Part shown: positions 1-11,009 of the stretch, piece by piece
How positions within the stretch are numbered: position 1 is the first letter of the stretch
Layout of the letters: each line of letters opens with the position of its first letter
Origin: Octopus sinensis
Taxonomy: Eukaryota
Direction of reading: 5' to 3'
Assembly (NCBI RefSeq): GCF_006345805.1
Contig: NW_021835461.1
Coordinates: 12,086-76,085 of the forward strand
Length of the DNA stretch: 64,000 nt
Translations under genes and position numbers: made by a program
Notes under the pieces: generated by a model
What the model saw: the letters and a program-made list of their open reading frames with translations, nothing else
Database searches by the model: none
What the model was told of the DNA's origin: nothing

Positions 1-343
1 CCAGAGCAGCCAACTGGCTTCTGTGCCAGTGGCACGTAAAAGGGCACCATTCGAGCGTGATCGTTACCAACATCACCTTACTGGCACCTGTGCTGGTGGC
101 ATGTATAAAAAAATTTGTGCGAGGTTGCCAGTACCGCCTAACTGGCCCCCATGCCGGTGGCACGTAAAAGCACCCACTACACTATCGGAGTGGCTGGCAT
201 TAGGAAGGGCATCCAACTGTAGAAACTCTGCCAGATCAAGATTGGAGCCTGGTGCAGCCATCTGGTTTGCCAGCCTTCAGTCAAAATCGTCCAACCCATA
301 CCAGCATGGAAAGCGGACTTTAAACAATGATGATGATGATGAT
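1..343 (+). mobile_element. (GAT)n-tailed interspersed repeat (family B), 5' part runs off the window
   Basis: GTGCCnGTGGCAC-TAAAAG units, then GGCATTAGGAAGGGCATCCAACTGTAGAAACTCTGCCAGATC...CCAACCCAT..CAGCATGGAAAGCGGAC, then a (GAT)n tail; the same body recurs at 4.6k, 17.8k, 24.4k (rc) and 50.2k. Confidence 0.85.
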
Positions 344-1177
344 ATCTGGCCTCTTACACCAACCATACAATATCATTCTAAAAATTAACAATTACCTCGT
401 CAACATTCCAAAGCTATGAGATAATGCATGATTAATACGAAATGATGTGAATAAATAAGCAGAAAGCTTGACAGATTAATCTGAATGCTAAAGAGTTAAG
501 GAATGCTCTGAATTATAAAGATGAAAGTGCTAGAAGAAAGAAGAAATGTTTCAGAGTCTGTAATGAGAAAAGGTAAATAAAATGGAGAGGTGAAACAACA
601 GACAAAAGAAAAAATCACATCAACCGAATATATAATCCTGTGTGGAAAGTCCTTTGAAGAATTTTATTGATTTGAAAATTTTAGTTTGATGTGTTCAATA
701 TTATGAGAGTATCATTACTCAACATATTCGTTTTATATTGAAACTATAATCAAAAGTAAAAGACAGGCAGACCTGTGCATGTGTTTATCATTGGCACAAT
801 GACCCTCCCAAGACTTACAAAATATATTTTGTTTTAGAATTAAACTATATATTTGTATTATTATTCAGTAATATGCATTTACAAGGTAAAGACTCAGTTT
901 TCTTTCCATTTTGTTTTAGATAGAAATTACATTTGTAACAAGTTCCCTCTATCAATCAAACAAAGATGGTAAAATATTCCATTTACTTTCCCTCTTTCCA
1001 ATGTTTAGAAACTGAAGGAACGGTCAAATACTGGAATCAGTTTCACTGATAAAACATCATCTCTAATATTTCTGATTTCCTGCCTGATAACCATCATTCC
1101 TGACAAATTTCTTCCTTTCCTGATAAATGTGAGAAACCAAAAAGCAAAATCTGGGAAGAAATAAAAGATATAAATAG

Positions 1178-1585
1178 GTGCAGACAGGGCTGTGTGCTAA
1201 GAAGTTTGCTTCCCAACCACATGGTTCTGGGTTCAGTCCCACTGTGTGGCACTTTGGGTGAGAATCTTCTACTGTAGCCTCAGTTCAACCAAGGCATTGT
1301 GAGTGAATTTGGTAGATGGAAACTGAAAGAAGCCCAGTATGTATGTGTGTGTGTGTGTGTTTGTGTCGTTGTGTCTATTTGTTACCCGCTACTGCTTGAT
1401 GACTGGTGTCAATGTGTTTATGTTCCTGTAACTTAACAGATCAGCAAAATGGAATGATAAAAGTTTCTAGGTTTTAAAAATTAAGAACCACTAGGGTCGA
1501 TTCATTTAACTAAAAAAGATCTTCAAGGTGGTGCCCCAGCATGGCCTGAGTCATTAGACTAAAACAATTAAAACACAAAAGATAT
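1178..1585 (+). mobile_element. tRNA-headed SINE (family A), diverged full-length copy
   Basis: Head GCTGTGTGCTAAGAAGTTTGCTTCCCAACCACATGGTTCTGGGTTCAGTCCCAC, central (TG)n and 3' GGTGGTGCCCCAGCATGGCC; collinear with copies at 61010 and 62182. Confidence 0.8.
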
Positions 1586-1654
1586 ACCAATCCTATTAAC
1601 AAAACAAAATTCAAGAAATCTTTTTCAAAACAAATTAAACTTGAAGAAACTTAC

Positions 1655-1891
1655 CAATTTCATTTTGGCAATACACAAGAAAAGTTCCAGCTTTTCTTCC
1701 AGGGGAAACATATACAATATCCAATTTTCCTGTCTTTTCCAAAAAATCAATTAACATTTTTTCCGACATGTCTTTGGGGCCATTTGACACAATCACTGCA
1801 TCTTCTTGCCAGACTAGATTTTTATACCAGTCCACATGAAGTTTATGTTTGCTTACATTATGGACCTTCCTTTGGACAACATTTTCTGCAT
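1655..1891 (-). CDS. Internal coding exon (237 bp, phase 1-1) of a PARP14/PARP10/DTX3L-like RRM-module protein
   Basis: Acceptor ttttgattttcag|AT at 1892/1891 and donor ATTG|gtaagt at 1655/1654; open frame DAENVVQRKVHNVSKHKLHVDWYKNLVWQEDAVIVSNGPKDMSEKMLIDFLEKTGKLDIVYVSPGRKAGTFLVYCQNEI; phase matches the upstream exon. Confidence 0.8.
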
Positions 1892-2602
1892 CTGAAAATC
1901 AAAATAGCAGAAGAAATTGAGAATATAATGTCATTATTAATGAGTGGAGGGCATGGTTGTGTTGGTGTAGAACCAGGTCAGACACTTTCTGGTCATAAAC
2001 ATGTCCAAGTGTCCTTCCTTGTTTATGATGTTAGGTGGTACATGAAGAAGATTTAACTGCCTTTTCTAGCAGATCAAGTCATCACTTAGAGGCCCCTTTG
2101 TTCGATAGCTGAAAGGATTATGAGGTTCCCTGTACAATTAACTGGCTCTAGTTCAACAGCACATTGAGCAAGTATCTTCTACCACAGCCTCAAGATGACC
2201 AGAGCCTTGTGACTGATATTTGGAAGAGAGAAACTGTGGCCATCATAGGATGTGTGTGTGTGTGATCAGATAAACATATACACACTTATGTGTATACGCA
2301 CATACAGTACTTAGAGGAAACAGTAGTCATTCACAAAGACAATTGCCAATAAAAAGCTTTATCCTGAGCAGACCAATATGTAAGCCTATTTTCCAATAAA
2401 GAGTAGAATATTTGAATATCAGAATATGTCAAAACATTTAATGAAGTGCACTGCAAAATTTCAATTAAAATTAGTCCCTTAATGAAAAGAGAGACTCATT
2501 ATCTTCGTGACAGACCCATGCCAAGAAACGAGAGGAACATAACCTTGAAATTTAAATTTTTATAAATAAAAAAAAATATTTATATATATATATATATATA
2601 TT

Positions 2603-2716
2603 GGCCTGCTCACTTAGCCAGCGGGGTGGCGTCATTTGAAGGCTAAAACAATGCAAAGCGCATTGTGACCACCGATTTGTAGCAGCATCTGATAGCCTGG
2701 TCGGTCACGTGATCAG

Positions 2717-2720
<4 letters not shown>
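2603..2720 (+). repeat. Interspersed repeat fragment between (TA)n runs
   Basis: GC-richer segment ending GGTCGGTCACGTGATCAGGTGA, flanked by (TA)n; resembles a SINE 3' end recalled from cephalopod DNA. Confidence 0.4.
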
Positions 2721-2752
<32 letters not shown>

Positions 2753-3139
2753 TATATATATATGCCATTTGATATTCCTTCAGGTTAAGGTGAAGGAATG
2801 AATTTAGCAGCAGAGAGACAACTCCAAGCACGTTTCAGTTTTGAGACCTCTTCGTTATAAAAGCCTACCCATGACTGCCAGATTGTTGATGACTAAAGAA
2901 TTTTAATGAGCGGATACAGAATGGTGTGACAACTTGGAATAGAACACTGCTCTACAGTTTCTCTATTGTACCTCCTTGATCACACTTTAGCCTTTCAATA
3001 CCTAGCATAACCCCTACATAACCCTTTCGGTTCCTCACTCCATTTAGTAGAAGGAGTGTTTTTCCTTTTTTTTTTTCCTGTCTTGGACATTACTTGGCAA
3101 CCTCACTAGTAATGATGGCAGGAAAATTGTCCCCAGTCC

Positions 3140-3292
3140 ACTCTGTAAAGTGGTTGGCATTAGGAAGGGCACTGAGCAATAGAAACCATGCCAAAGCTGA
3201 CCCCAGAGGTCAATGCTGCTCACCAGATCCTGTCAAACTATTCAATGCAAGCAAATATGGAAAATGAATGTTAAATGACGATGATGATGATT
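3140..3292 (+). mobile_element. Degenerate family B 3' part
   Basis: GTGGTTGGCATTAGGAAGGGCA...ATGGAAAATGAATGTTAAATGACGATGATGATG. Confidence 0.65.
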
Positions 3293-3439
3293 TTTAACAT
3301 TGCTTTATATTAATCTAATGTGTTCACAGTAATTATGTGCAAATTGTCCAACCTATGCAAGCATGGACAACAGATATTAAATGATGACAATGATGATGTC
3401 TGTAAATGATTTCATGAAATAAAGAATATTTCTTCTAAC

Positions 3440-3620
3440 CTTTTTCCGATTCAAAAGTGATAATAACTTCCTCAGAATCTTGGATCCGTTCTGGCTTTCC
3501 TTTAATAGGTCCTCCACTTGATCTACTCTTGTTCTCAAAATAAGACTGAATGGCTTCCAAACGGAAATCAGTTGGGATTCCTGACACCAATATCGTTCTG
3601 CCCTCATCTTCTCCTTCCAT
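3440..3620 (-). CDS. Probable first coding exon (exon 3637-3440, ATG at 3620) encoding an RRM-like domain of the PARP14/PARP10/DTX3L N-terminal type
   Basis: Acceptor ttttattttgcag|GAAT and donor AAAAAG|gttaga; MEGEDEGRTILVSGIPTDFRLEAIQSYFENKSRSSGGPIKGKPERIQDSEEVIITFESEK has the TILVSG..YFEN..RSGGG..V.ITF pattern of PARP14-family RRMs; joins in frame to exon 1891-1655 (G|AT = Asp). Confidence 0.8.
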
Positions 3621-4082
3621 ACTCGTGGCAGATATTCCTGCAAAATAAAACCAAGATTTAATGCTAGATAAATACAAGTTATTCACCATCCATGTAACAA
3701 TATAATGCTATCCACATCATAAACATCCACTTTACATGCCTGATGTAAACCTGAAATACATATAGCCTTCAAACAGTCCAGATATGCTACAAATAACAGC
3801 CAAAGTTTTTCAAAAGTTCTCCCATTTTTAAAATAGACGAATACATTTGCTAAAATCGTCTTGTCTTGAGAATATCTGCAAAGAAGTTATGGCATTCCTG
3901 ATTGAACAATGCTAATTTCACTCACAGAAACCAGAGTTCTAACATATGTCCATGAAATCTGAAAGTCACACCTCTGAACGAATCCAGCTTTAAAATCTTT
4001 AAAAAGATGTTTTGCAATAAAACAGCCACACAAATGCCATTTAGTATGACAAACTTCATCTAAATACACATTTTCCAAACAA

Positions 4083-4275
4083 TTCTTTCTTCTATAGGCA
4101 CAAGGCTTGAAACTTTGGGGGAGAGTTAATCAATTAGATAAACCCTAGTGTATAACTGGTACTTACTTTATTGACCCTGAGGAGATGAAAGGTGAAATTG
4201 ACCTCAGTGGAATTAGAACCCAGAACATAAAGATGGATGAAATGTCACTGAGCATTTTGTCCACATTTTCCAAAC
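4083..4275 (-). mobile_element. SINE (family C), diverged
   Basis: rc reads TTCTAATTCCACTGAGGTCAATTTCACCTTTCATCTCCTCAGGGTCAATAAAGTAAGTACCAGTT...CAAGCCTTGTGCCTATAGAAGAAAGAAT; related to 60108-60300. Confidence 0.6.
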
Positions 4276-4479
4276 AATGACAATGACCACAACAACAATA
4301 ACAACCAAAAGTACCAATCTGATTAGCCTGATTAATGCCACAACATCATATAGAATACATTCAACAAAAGAACACCCCAACCATTCACCCACCAAACTCA
4401 ACCAGATGAACCTAATTTATAAATACAGCTTTGTGTTGGGCCCTCAATTCCTTGATAGGGTTGTATGGGGCACTATGGT

Positions 4480-4817
4480 CAGAAATGGCATGTCTTGGGT
4501 ATTTTTAAACCCGGAGGGACCAGGAGATGTGGTGATTTGCTGTACTTGAAAAATCATGTGAAGCTAAGTAAAAAGCTTGTCCTTTCAGGGGTGGGTGCAA
4601 CATAAAAACACTCCCACGCTGGGGTTGTGTCAACACACCCTTGCCAGTGGCATGTAAAATGCACCCAGCACATTCTGTTAAGTGGTTGGCATTAGGAAGG
4701 ACATCTAGCTGTAGATACCATGCCACAACAGACAACTGGAGCCTGGCCAGCTCCATTTCAAACAATCCAACCTATGCCATCATGGAAAGAGGACATTAAA
4801 CAATGAGGAGGATGATG
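4480..4817 (+). mobile_element. Family B copy, diverged
   Basis: GCCAGTGGCATGTAAAATGCACCC...GTGGTTGGCATTAGGAAGGACATCTAGCTGTAG...CATGGAAAGAGGACATTAAACAATGAGGAGGATGATG. Confidence 0.75.
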
Positions 4818-5097
4818 TCAAGGCCATCCTTCTGCAAGAATGACCAAAACTGGTTTCTTCTAAAAAGAGGGAGAGAGAAACAGAAAGAAAAAGTGAGAGG
4901 CTGAGAAGAATTGACCCCAATACTTTGTTTATTGACTCCAAAGTGATCAAAGACAAAATTGATTTCAGCATCGCAAAGAGTCAGAAGGATTGCCACAAAT
5001 CAACCTATCTGGTGCTCTACAGACTCTGTGACTTGACCACCTCATAAACATTACAGAAATCACCTAAAAACAAGTTTATGTTGCACATTGTGCTGCA

Positions 5098-5882
5098 GCT
5101 CATACAGTAGTAGTAGAGGAAGCATTTCTTGTTCGGCGTGCTGAACATTGCTCATTGCTCTGGACGGCTCGTTGTGCTAACCATTCACAACGCCGCTCCT
5201 CACTTTCCCTTCTTCGCACTGAAGCCATCCTAAGTGCATTGAGAGAGTTCCTCCTGGCGGCGTCTTCAGCAGATTCATTTGCATGCATGCGTTTACTTTT
5301 CTTTGCAGCATTTGTTTGCCCACCTATATTGGAACTTTTGCGTCGAGGTATGGTGGAAAATTATCAGTTTATACAACAGAAAAAGTCCTAAGGAAAAAGC
5401 GGTGAATGTATAGCACCCAAAAAATTGTAACCTGTAGTTTGTAAAAATGTTTTTCAAGCAGACTGAATTGATTTTGGGTAAGAGTTTTGAAGTGGCTAGT
5501 TTAAGTTGGAATAGTTATATGGAAAAAAGCACTCATGTGTAAACAGAGGCAAATCATAGCTTGCAAATGAATATTGCTGGCAGTACTGTGCAAGCAGTCG
5601 ATAAGAGCTTGCCACAGCTGACAAAGTAAAGTATTGATTTTTCCCAGTTGGGCATGTTACGTTTTTCACTGGCTCAAGCCAAATCCTAGGCAAATTGAGA
5701 GTAGTCTATTTATGCTGGGAGTGCAGAATTTTGAGGAAAAAATTATACGAAAAAGCGTCCCAAGTCAAAGAGAGGACACATGTCAAATTTGGTGAAATTC
5801 GGTTGGAAATTGTGGGAGTAGAAGTGGTTCACACAACATACACACAGAGACAGACAGCCAACTTGCCTTTTAATATATAAGA
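5098..5882 (-). mobile_element. Helitron-like 5' portion with decayed RepHel N-terminus
   Basis: rc begins A|TCTTATATATTAAAAGG (TC 5' end). 5352-5100 reads (I)PRRKSSNIGGQTNAAKKSKRMHANESAEDAARRNSLNALRMASVRRRESEERR, similar to MPRxRSNIGRRT plus ESxEERxxR (STPR-like) Helitron N-termini; start codon appears mutated to ATA. Confidence 0.6.
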
Positions 5883-5924
5883 TCAAACACATACCATTGC
5901 ATAGATGTGGTGGGTTCAAATCCT

Positions 5925-6110
5925 TGGTGAATTGAGAGTAGTCTATTTATGTTGGGGGTGTGGAATTTCAAGGAAAAAATCATAAGAAAAAGTGTCCTAA
6001 GTCAAAGAGAGTACACATGTCAAATCTAGTGAAATTCAGTTGAAAATTGTAGGAGTAGAAGTGGTTCACACAACAGACAGACAGACAACTTGCCTTTTAA
6101 TATATAAGAT
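5925..6110 (-). repeat. Tandem second copy of the Helitron-like 5' terminus
   Basis: Close copy of 5693-5883 (TTGAGAGTAGTCTATTTATG...ACTTGCCTTTTAATATATAAGAT). Confidence 0.8.
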
Positions 6111-6123
6111 ACAAGAAAATGAA

Positions 6124-6460
6124 GTAGTTAGTTAATTAGTTAGTTAATTTTTTGGCTCAGAAAGCAAAAAGCAAGGCCATGTAGTGGGGACATGGAGTTA
6201 GGTACAGGGTGGTGTTCATGTAAAGAGTTCATGCCACTTGTGGTCAAGGGAGACTTTGAACCGAGCGATCGTCGGCATCCTCACCATCTCGTCCGGCAGC
6301 TTATTCCATGGATCCGCAACCCGGACGGAGAAAGCCCCTCTCCTTCGATTGAGATGAAATCGTCGCAGATAGAGCTTTTCGGAATGACCCCGCAGCCGAT
6401 GCTCTGGAGCAGGAGTGAAGAACAGCTCTTTCGAGAGGTTACACTTTCCGCTTATGATGT
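6124..6460 (-). mobile_element. 5'-truncated CR1-clade LINE 3' end
   Basis: rc open frame IISGKCNLSKELFFTPAPEHRLRGHSEKLYLRRFHLNRRRGAFSVRVADPWNKLPDEMVRMPTIARFKVSLDHKWHELFT* (stop 6218-6216), with the CR1 LRGH/FSxRV..WNxLP motifs, followed by a (TAAC)n tail; not in the ORF track because it has no upstream start. Confidence 0.85.
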
Positions 6461-7185
6461 AGATTATTATGTGTCCAACCCTTGGTTTTGAACCACATAA
6501 TACGGCAATTGTGATTGGTCAATTGCTTCGTTGGGGTTGTGGTACTCCTGTCACAATGCCAGTCACCGTGACTCCTGCTCAAATGTGGAAAGCAAGGAAA
6601 CCAAACCTGTTGCTGTTTTTTTTCACTTTGTGTTTTAACAGACTAATGTACAACTTTTGGATTACAACTGGCCAATCAACAAGGCTCAGCAAATTCTCAA
6701 CAAGTTATTCTTTGATGCCTTACCAATGCTTTACATAAAGAATCTTCAAAGTTGAATTTAATCAGAAAGGAGTGAGTTGCCTTAGCAACAGGACGGTTTA
6801 CCAATCTATATATATCTATAATATAAATTGGACATGGGCGATCGTTGTATTCTTTCTTGTCTTGAGGTTCACAACCAAATGGCAGGATGAATTTGTGCAA
6901 AAAATGGCACACATGGGTGCATAGATTGGAATGCAGTTTGTATTTTTTTCCTAGCCTCCCTACATACCGAGAAAATCGATAAAAACCTTTTCCTATTGGA
7001 ATTCCCCTCTTTCTTCCGCCATTAAAACATCCAGTTGCTTAGAAGCTGTTTTTTGACAGGATGAGCCAGGAAATTTTCATATAGTTGGAGATCCAATCGA
7101 AACTGGGGACCTGAAATGATAAGGTTGAGAAATGGTGTTATAGATTATGCCTAACCGAAAACAATCATAGTCACAACATCCAAAA

Positions 7186-7215
7186 AGACTGGGTGAAACC
7201 GGGCTTAGCTGCTAG
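7186..7215 (+). mobile_element. Helitron-like 3' terminus
   Basis: CTGGGTGAAACCGGG imperfect hairpin, short spacer, then CTAG|T at 7212-7216. Confidence 0.5.
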
Positions 7216-7490
7216 TATAATATAAATACACTTTCTGCCTTTAGAGACCAGCTTAAAGCACAGGAGTGCATGCACACAGACAGACACACACACACACGCA
7301 CACGCACACACTGTGTCTCTCTTAATGAATCTCTAAAAGGTAACACATTATTAAAGACAGAAACATTCACATTAAAATTAGATTTAGAGCCGAGTGGTGT
7401 CTAAATCTAAATGTGTTTAATATAAATGTTCTTATAATTAAACACATTGAGATATAGACACCACCCGGCTCGTGACATTGGCCTATATCG

Positions 7491-7760
7491 TGTCCACTTG
7501 ACCAACGATGTATGACTAAATCTATCATATATGAGGCAGAAGCTACTGCAACCGTAAATAATAATGCAACTGTTAAGAAGACCTATGCTGGATTATGAGA
7601 AGGAGAATTTAAAAATCTCTATGCCAATCACATAGGACATAAGGACAAAAGTAAAGCTACCAAGTTGGCTAGATACATATGGACTTTGAAAGATAATGAA
7701 ATACTGCATGGGATTAAATGGAAAATAGTTGAGAAATCCATACCTTATGATATGTGGTTT
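7491..7760 (+). pseudogene. Penelope-like element GIY-YIG endonuclease remnant
   Basis: CPLDQRCMTKSIIYEAEAT...KKTYAGL*EGEFKNLYANH...KATKLARYIWTLKDNEILHGIKWKIVEKS matches the Penelope EN pattern CPLxxxC...IYxA...YxGxTExxFKxRYxNH...LxxYIWxLK; one in-frame stop. Confidence 0.8.
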
Positions 7761-8059
7761 GCGTCTGAAGAATATGTTTGAGATTTCTCAACATATGAAA
7801 CTACTAGTAGCGCTTTAATACATGTATTGTGACCTTTAAATAAATAATATTTATCTCTCACAAGATGGAGTACTTTTTTTGTTGAATTTTCTATCATGGA
7901 TCAATACTTTATATGTATATATACATATTTAATATAATAAATGTGAAAATTTTCGTTTTCAGATTCGTTTCCTATGTAGAAGGAGAAAGAACGAAAAAAA
8001 ATAAAGAAAGAAGGAAGGAAAAAAGTGTAGACTAAAAGAGAGGAACTATTACAGAGAGT

Positions 8060-8329
8060 GAGAGATGATATAGGTAAGCAAGAAAAACAGAGAATGTGAA
8101 AAGGGAGAGAATTGGTTGAAAACTGCAGTTTTTAGAGAAAAAACATAAAACATGTTTCTTCCCAATTTCTTGCTTTATGCGAGAGCTCTGAGCAAAATAT
8201 TATAGTGCGTGGCCATCCTTGGCACATAAGTAATGTGTGTGTAAAGTTTGGTGAAAATCGGTTGAAAACTGTAGAAATGCATACATATTACACACGCAAA
8301 CAGACATCCTTTGTTTTATATATAGAGAT
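8060..8329 (-). mobile_element. Second Helitron-like non-autonomous 5' end
   Basis: + strand ends AAGTTTGGTGAAAATCGGTTGAAAACTGTAG...TTTTATATATAGAGAT (rc A|TCTCTATATATAAAA), the same architecture as 5693-5883. Confidence 0.5.
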
Positions 8330-9567
8330 TATTCAGGCTCAGGAGGGGTGTCCACAATATTTGCTTGTAGCTTTGTAAATTTTTTACATACAGATTTGAA
8401 ATTGTGTCAGTGGGTGCTTTATATACCACTGGTTGATAGTTATGTAATTTTAGCTGATCTTTTTTTAGCTGATTAATTTAACTTTTATGGGTATGTAAAT
8501 TTAATTAACAGGTGTAAAAGCAACAACATTATGGATAAACACTAAAATTGAAATTCTTAATGCATCTTATCTGTTTGATTTGTTACAAAAATTATCCCAG
8601 ATGGCAACCAACAAAAAGTTTGCCACTTTTCAAGATGAGGTACATTAATTTGAATTAATTAAAATACAGGTATAACTGATACAAGATTTTATTCTTTCAG
8701 TAAATATTTCATACCTTAGTGTGGAATAATATTTTGGGGTGCATTCAATGTATCTGAACTCCAAACTCGCCCCAAGCTACTTTTTTTCCAGAAAAGAAAG
8801 GTGGGAGGGGTGGTAGAGACCTTGAAGTTTCCCACAAAGGGAATTTTGTTTCACGAGTCCTTTTTTTCTTTTCCAGATTATTTTGCATGCTTTCAATGAA
8901 TCTGACATCGAAATCATGCATAAATGGCTCCTTTTTCCAGAAAAGATTTGGCTGTTATTTCTAGCATGCCCTACTACCACATAACAATTATTTCCATTGA
9001 CACCGAAATATTTACCAGCTTTTTCCCTTCCATTTATTTTTTCCACTTTATGGAAGTTAATATTTTCTATGTTGACATCCTCCTCAGTTAATTGTGCTTT
9101 TCACCCACTTCTCTGCTTTCTAGAAGAAAAGCCCTTACATTATCTCAAAGCTATGAGAATTCACTAATATGATTTGTTTATTTTCTAAAAAGATTTCGTC
9201 GAGGAATCAGATACAATGGGTTTTGGCCATTTTAAACATTAAAGGGTTAAAAGTGCCAAAACTATAAAATCAGCCTTTTTGGGGGCTTTAGAACCCAAAA
9301 ACTATATAGTTTTTTTGTTTTGGGGTTTTTTTCGCTTAAGAGTTAAAAATCCTGATTTTATAGTTTTAAATTTCAAAGGGCCTAAAAAAAGGCTGATTTC
9401 ATAGTTTTGGCCCTTTTTAAGGTTTTTAAAGGGTTTTAGAGCCAGAAAAGGTAAAAAATAAAACTCAAATGAAACATAATATTAGTATTAAACTAAAAGA
9501 AGTTTACTGATAAGGTGATCATAAATTTTTTTTTTTTTTAAATTGGAAAACATGATATATGCATGAT

Positions 9568-9978
9568 TCAACTTTTCCTCTTCTCCGCTATTTTGTTGAT
9601 GATATAAATGTTGCCCTTCTTGAAAATTAGCAAACTAAAATTTTCATCAGACAAGGACGATCTCTTGACACTCAAGATGTCTTTGTCCATGGAAAATAAA
9701 TGTTCAACTGCAGCACTGGAAGGGACGGATGTGTTGAACTTGACAAACAAGTCCACCAACACTTGGTCACTGAATGGCGCGTACAATATTAAATATGATA
9801 AGACAATCATTAAACAATAGAAACTTGTAAACGTTTACTGGTTTTATTGAAATTTTGGGATTAGTGGAAGCTAAATGTAACGGAAGTTAATTAGTCTGGT
9901 AATGATTTTCAAAGTTAAATCGTTAATGAAAATATTAACTTTGTTAATTAACGATTAACGGACTTATGCCCAGCTCTG
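9568..9978 (-). mobile_element. hAT transposon remnant: C-terminal dimerisation domain plus one terminus
   Basis: LFVKFNTSVPSSAAVEHLFS...ILSVKRSSLSDENFSLLIFKKGN matches the hAT dimerisation motif; rc terminus CAGAGCTGGGCATAAG at 9978 with TTAAC-type subterminal repeats. Confidence 0.75.
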
Positions 9979-11009
9979 AGAGAAAGAGAGAGTGAGAGAG
10001 ACAGACAGACAGACAGACAAAAGAAATAATATCTCAGTTCTTAGCAACAAGTTGATTTCAACGTATTTTCGCAAGACTGATCTTTGAATTAGTCAGTTTT
10101 TTAGGATAGAGGTAAGAACTTTTCCATATCTTCTATAACTGGTATTTTATCATACGTTCTAAGAAAAGGAACTTACAATTATTCTAATCCATTACTGATA
10201 AATATAATATTGCATATAACTTCTTTTTATGTTTTGCAATTTTCAGAAAACTTTTGTGAATTTGTCTTCTACACATGAGAATTCAAATGATTATGAAAAA
10301 AATTGTGTGTGATTTAAGGTTGATTTAGCTGATACATTCTTTGTCTCTTTGTCACTGGCATGTATTAATATTTTGCAATATTTTTCTCCCCATAAACACG
10401 TTTAGTGGAATGATGATGCACCCAAGGGTGGATTTGAGTCAAAGATTTGGACTATCCATATTTTAAAATTCCGATTTAAAAGAAAATACAACAGAGAGTA
10501 GAAATGAAGGTAGCAGGTGCTCGTGGTTTTTATTTTTTGGAATTTTCAGAAAAGTTTTGTGAATTTGTGTTCTATGCACTGGAATTCATATACTTATTGC
10601 CAAATAAAAAGGAAAAAGAAAAAAAAATTCTTATTTAAAACCACATAAATCCTAAAAATTTCCTACTTCTTTTCAATTTTTTTTTTAAAAATCAGAGTTT
10701 AAAATACAGAAACTCAGAACGTTTTGCTTAAATTCCAGCAGTGGACCATTCTTGAAGAATATCAATACATTATAGTAACAAAGAAATGAAGAAGAAATCA
10801 AGAGGCTGTGCGATGTGCTAAAAACAACAGCTAAATTGCCTAAATCCCATACAAAAATTTTATTTGCCTAATCTTTTGAATTTCCATGTGTAGAAGAAAA
10901 ATTTTCTGAAAATTAAAAAAAATAGTAAAGTTACGAGGGGTTATACGGGGTGCTTTAATAAAAATTCTGCTTCTCCGACTAAGAGGAAATGCCGACCATA
11001 TTCCATTGA

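Noticed and set aside
1005-1119. Third exon of the RRM gene
   Set aside because: The good acceptor (1120) gives a stop after 8 codons in the required phase; the alternative (1100; GMMVIRQEIRNIRDDVLSVKLIP) fits the phase but has a purine-rich acceptor and no clear donor before a stop; left unresolved
3685-3750. Upstream 5' UTR exon (ttcag...GATG|gtgaat)
   Set aside because: It would need a ~48-nt intron and cannot be supported without RNA data
8340-9060. Possible DNA-transposon fragment with exon-like signals
   Set aside because: No recognisable protein motif or paired TIR
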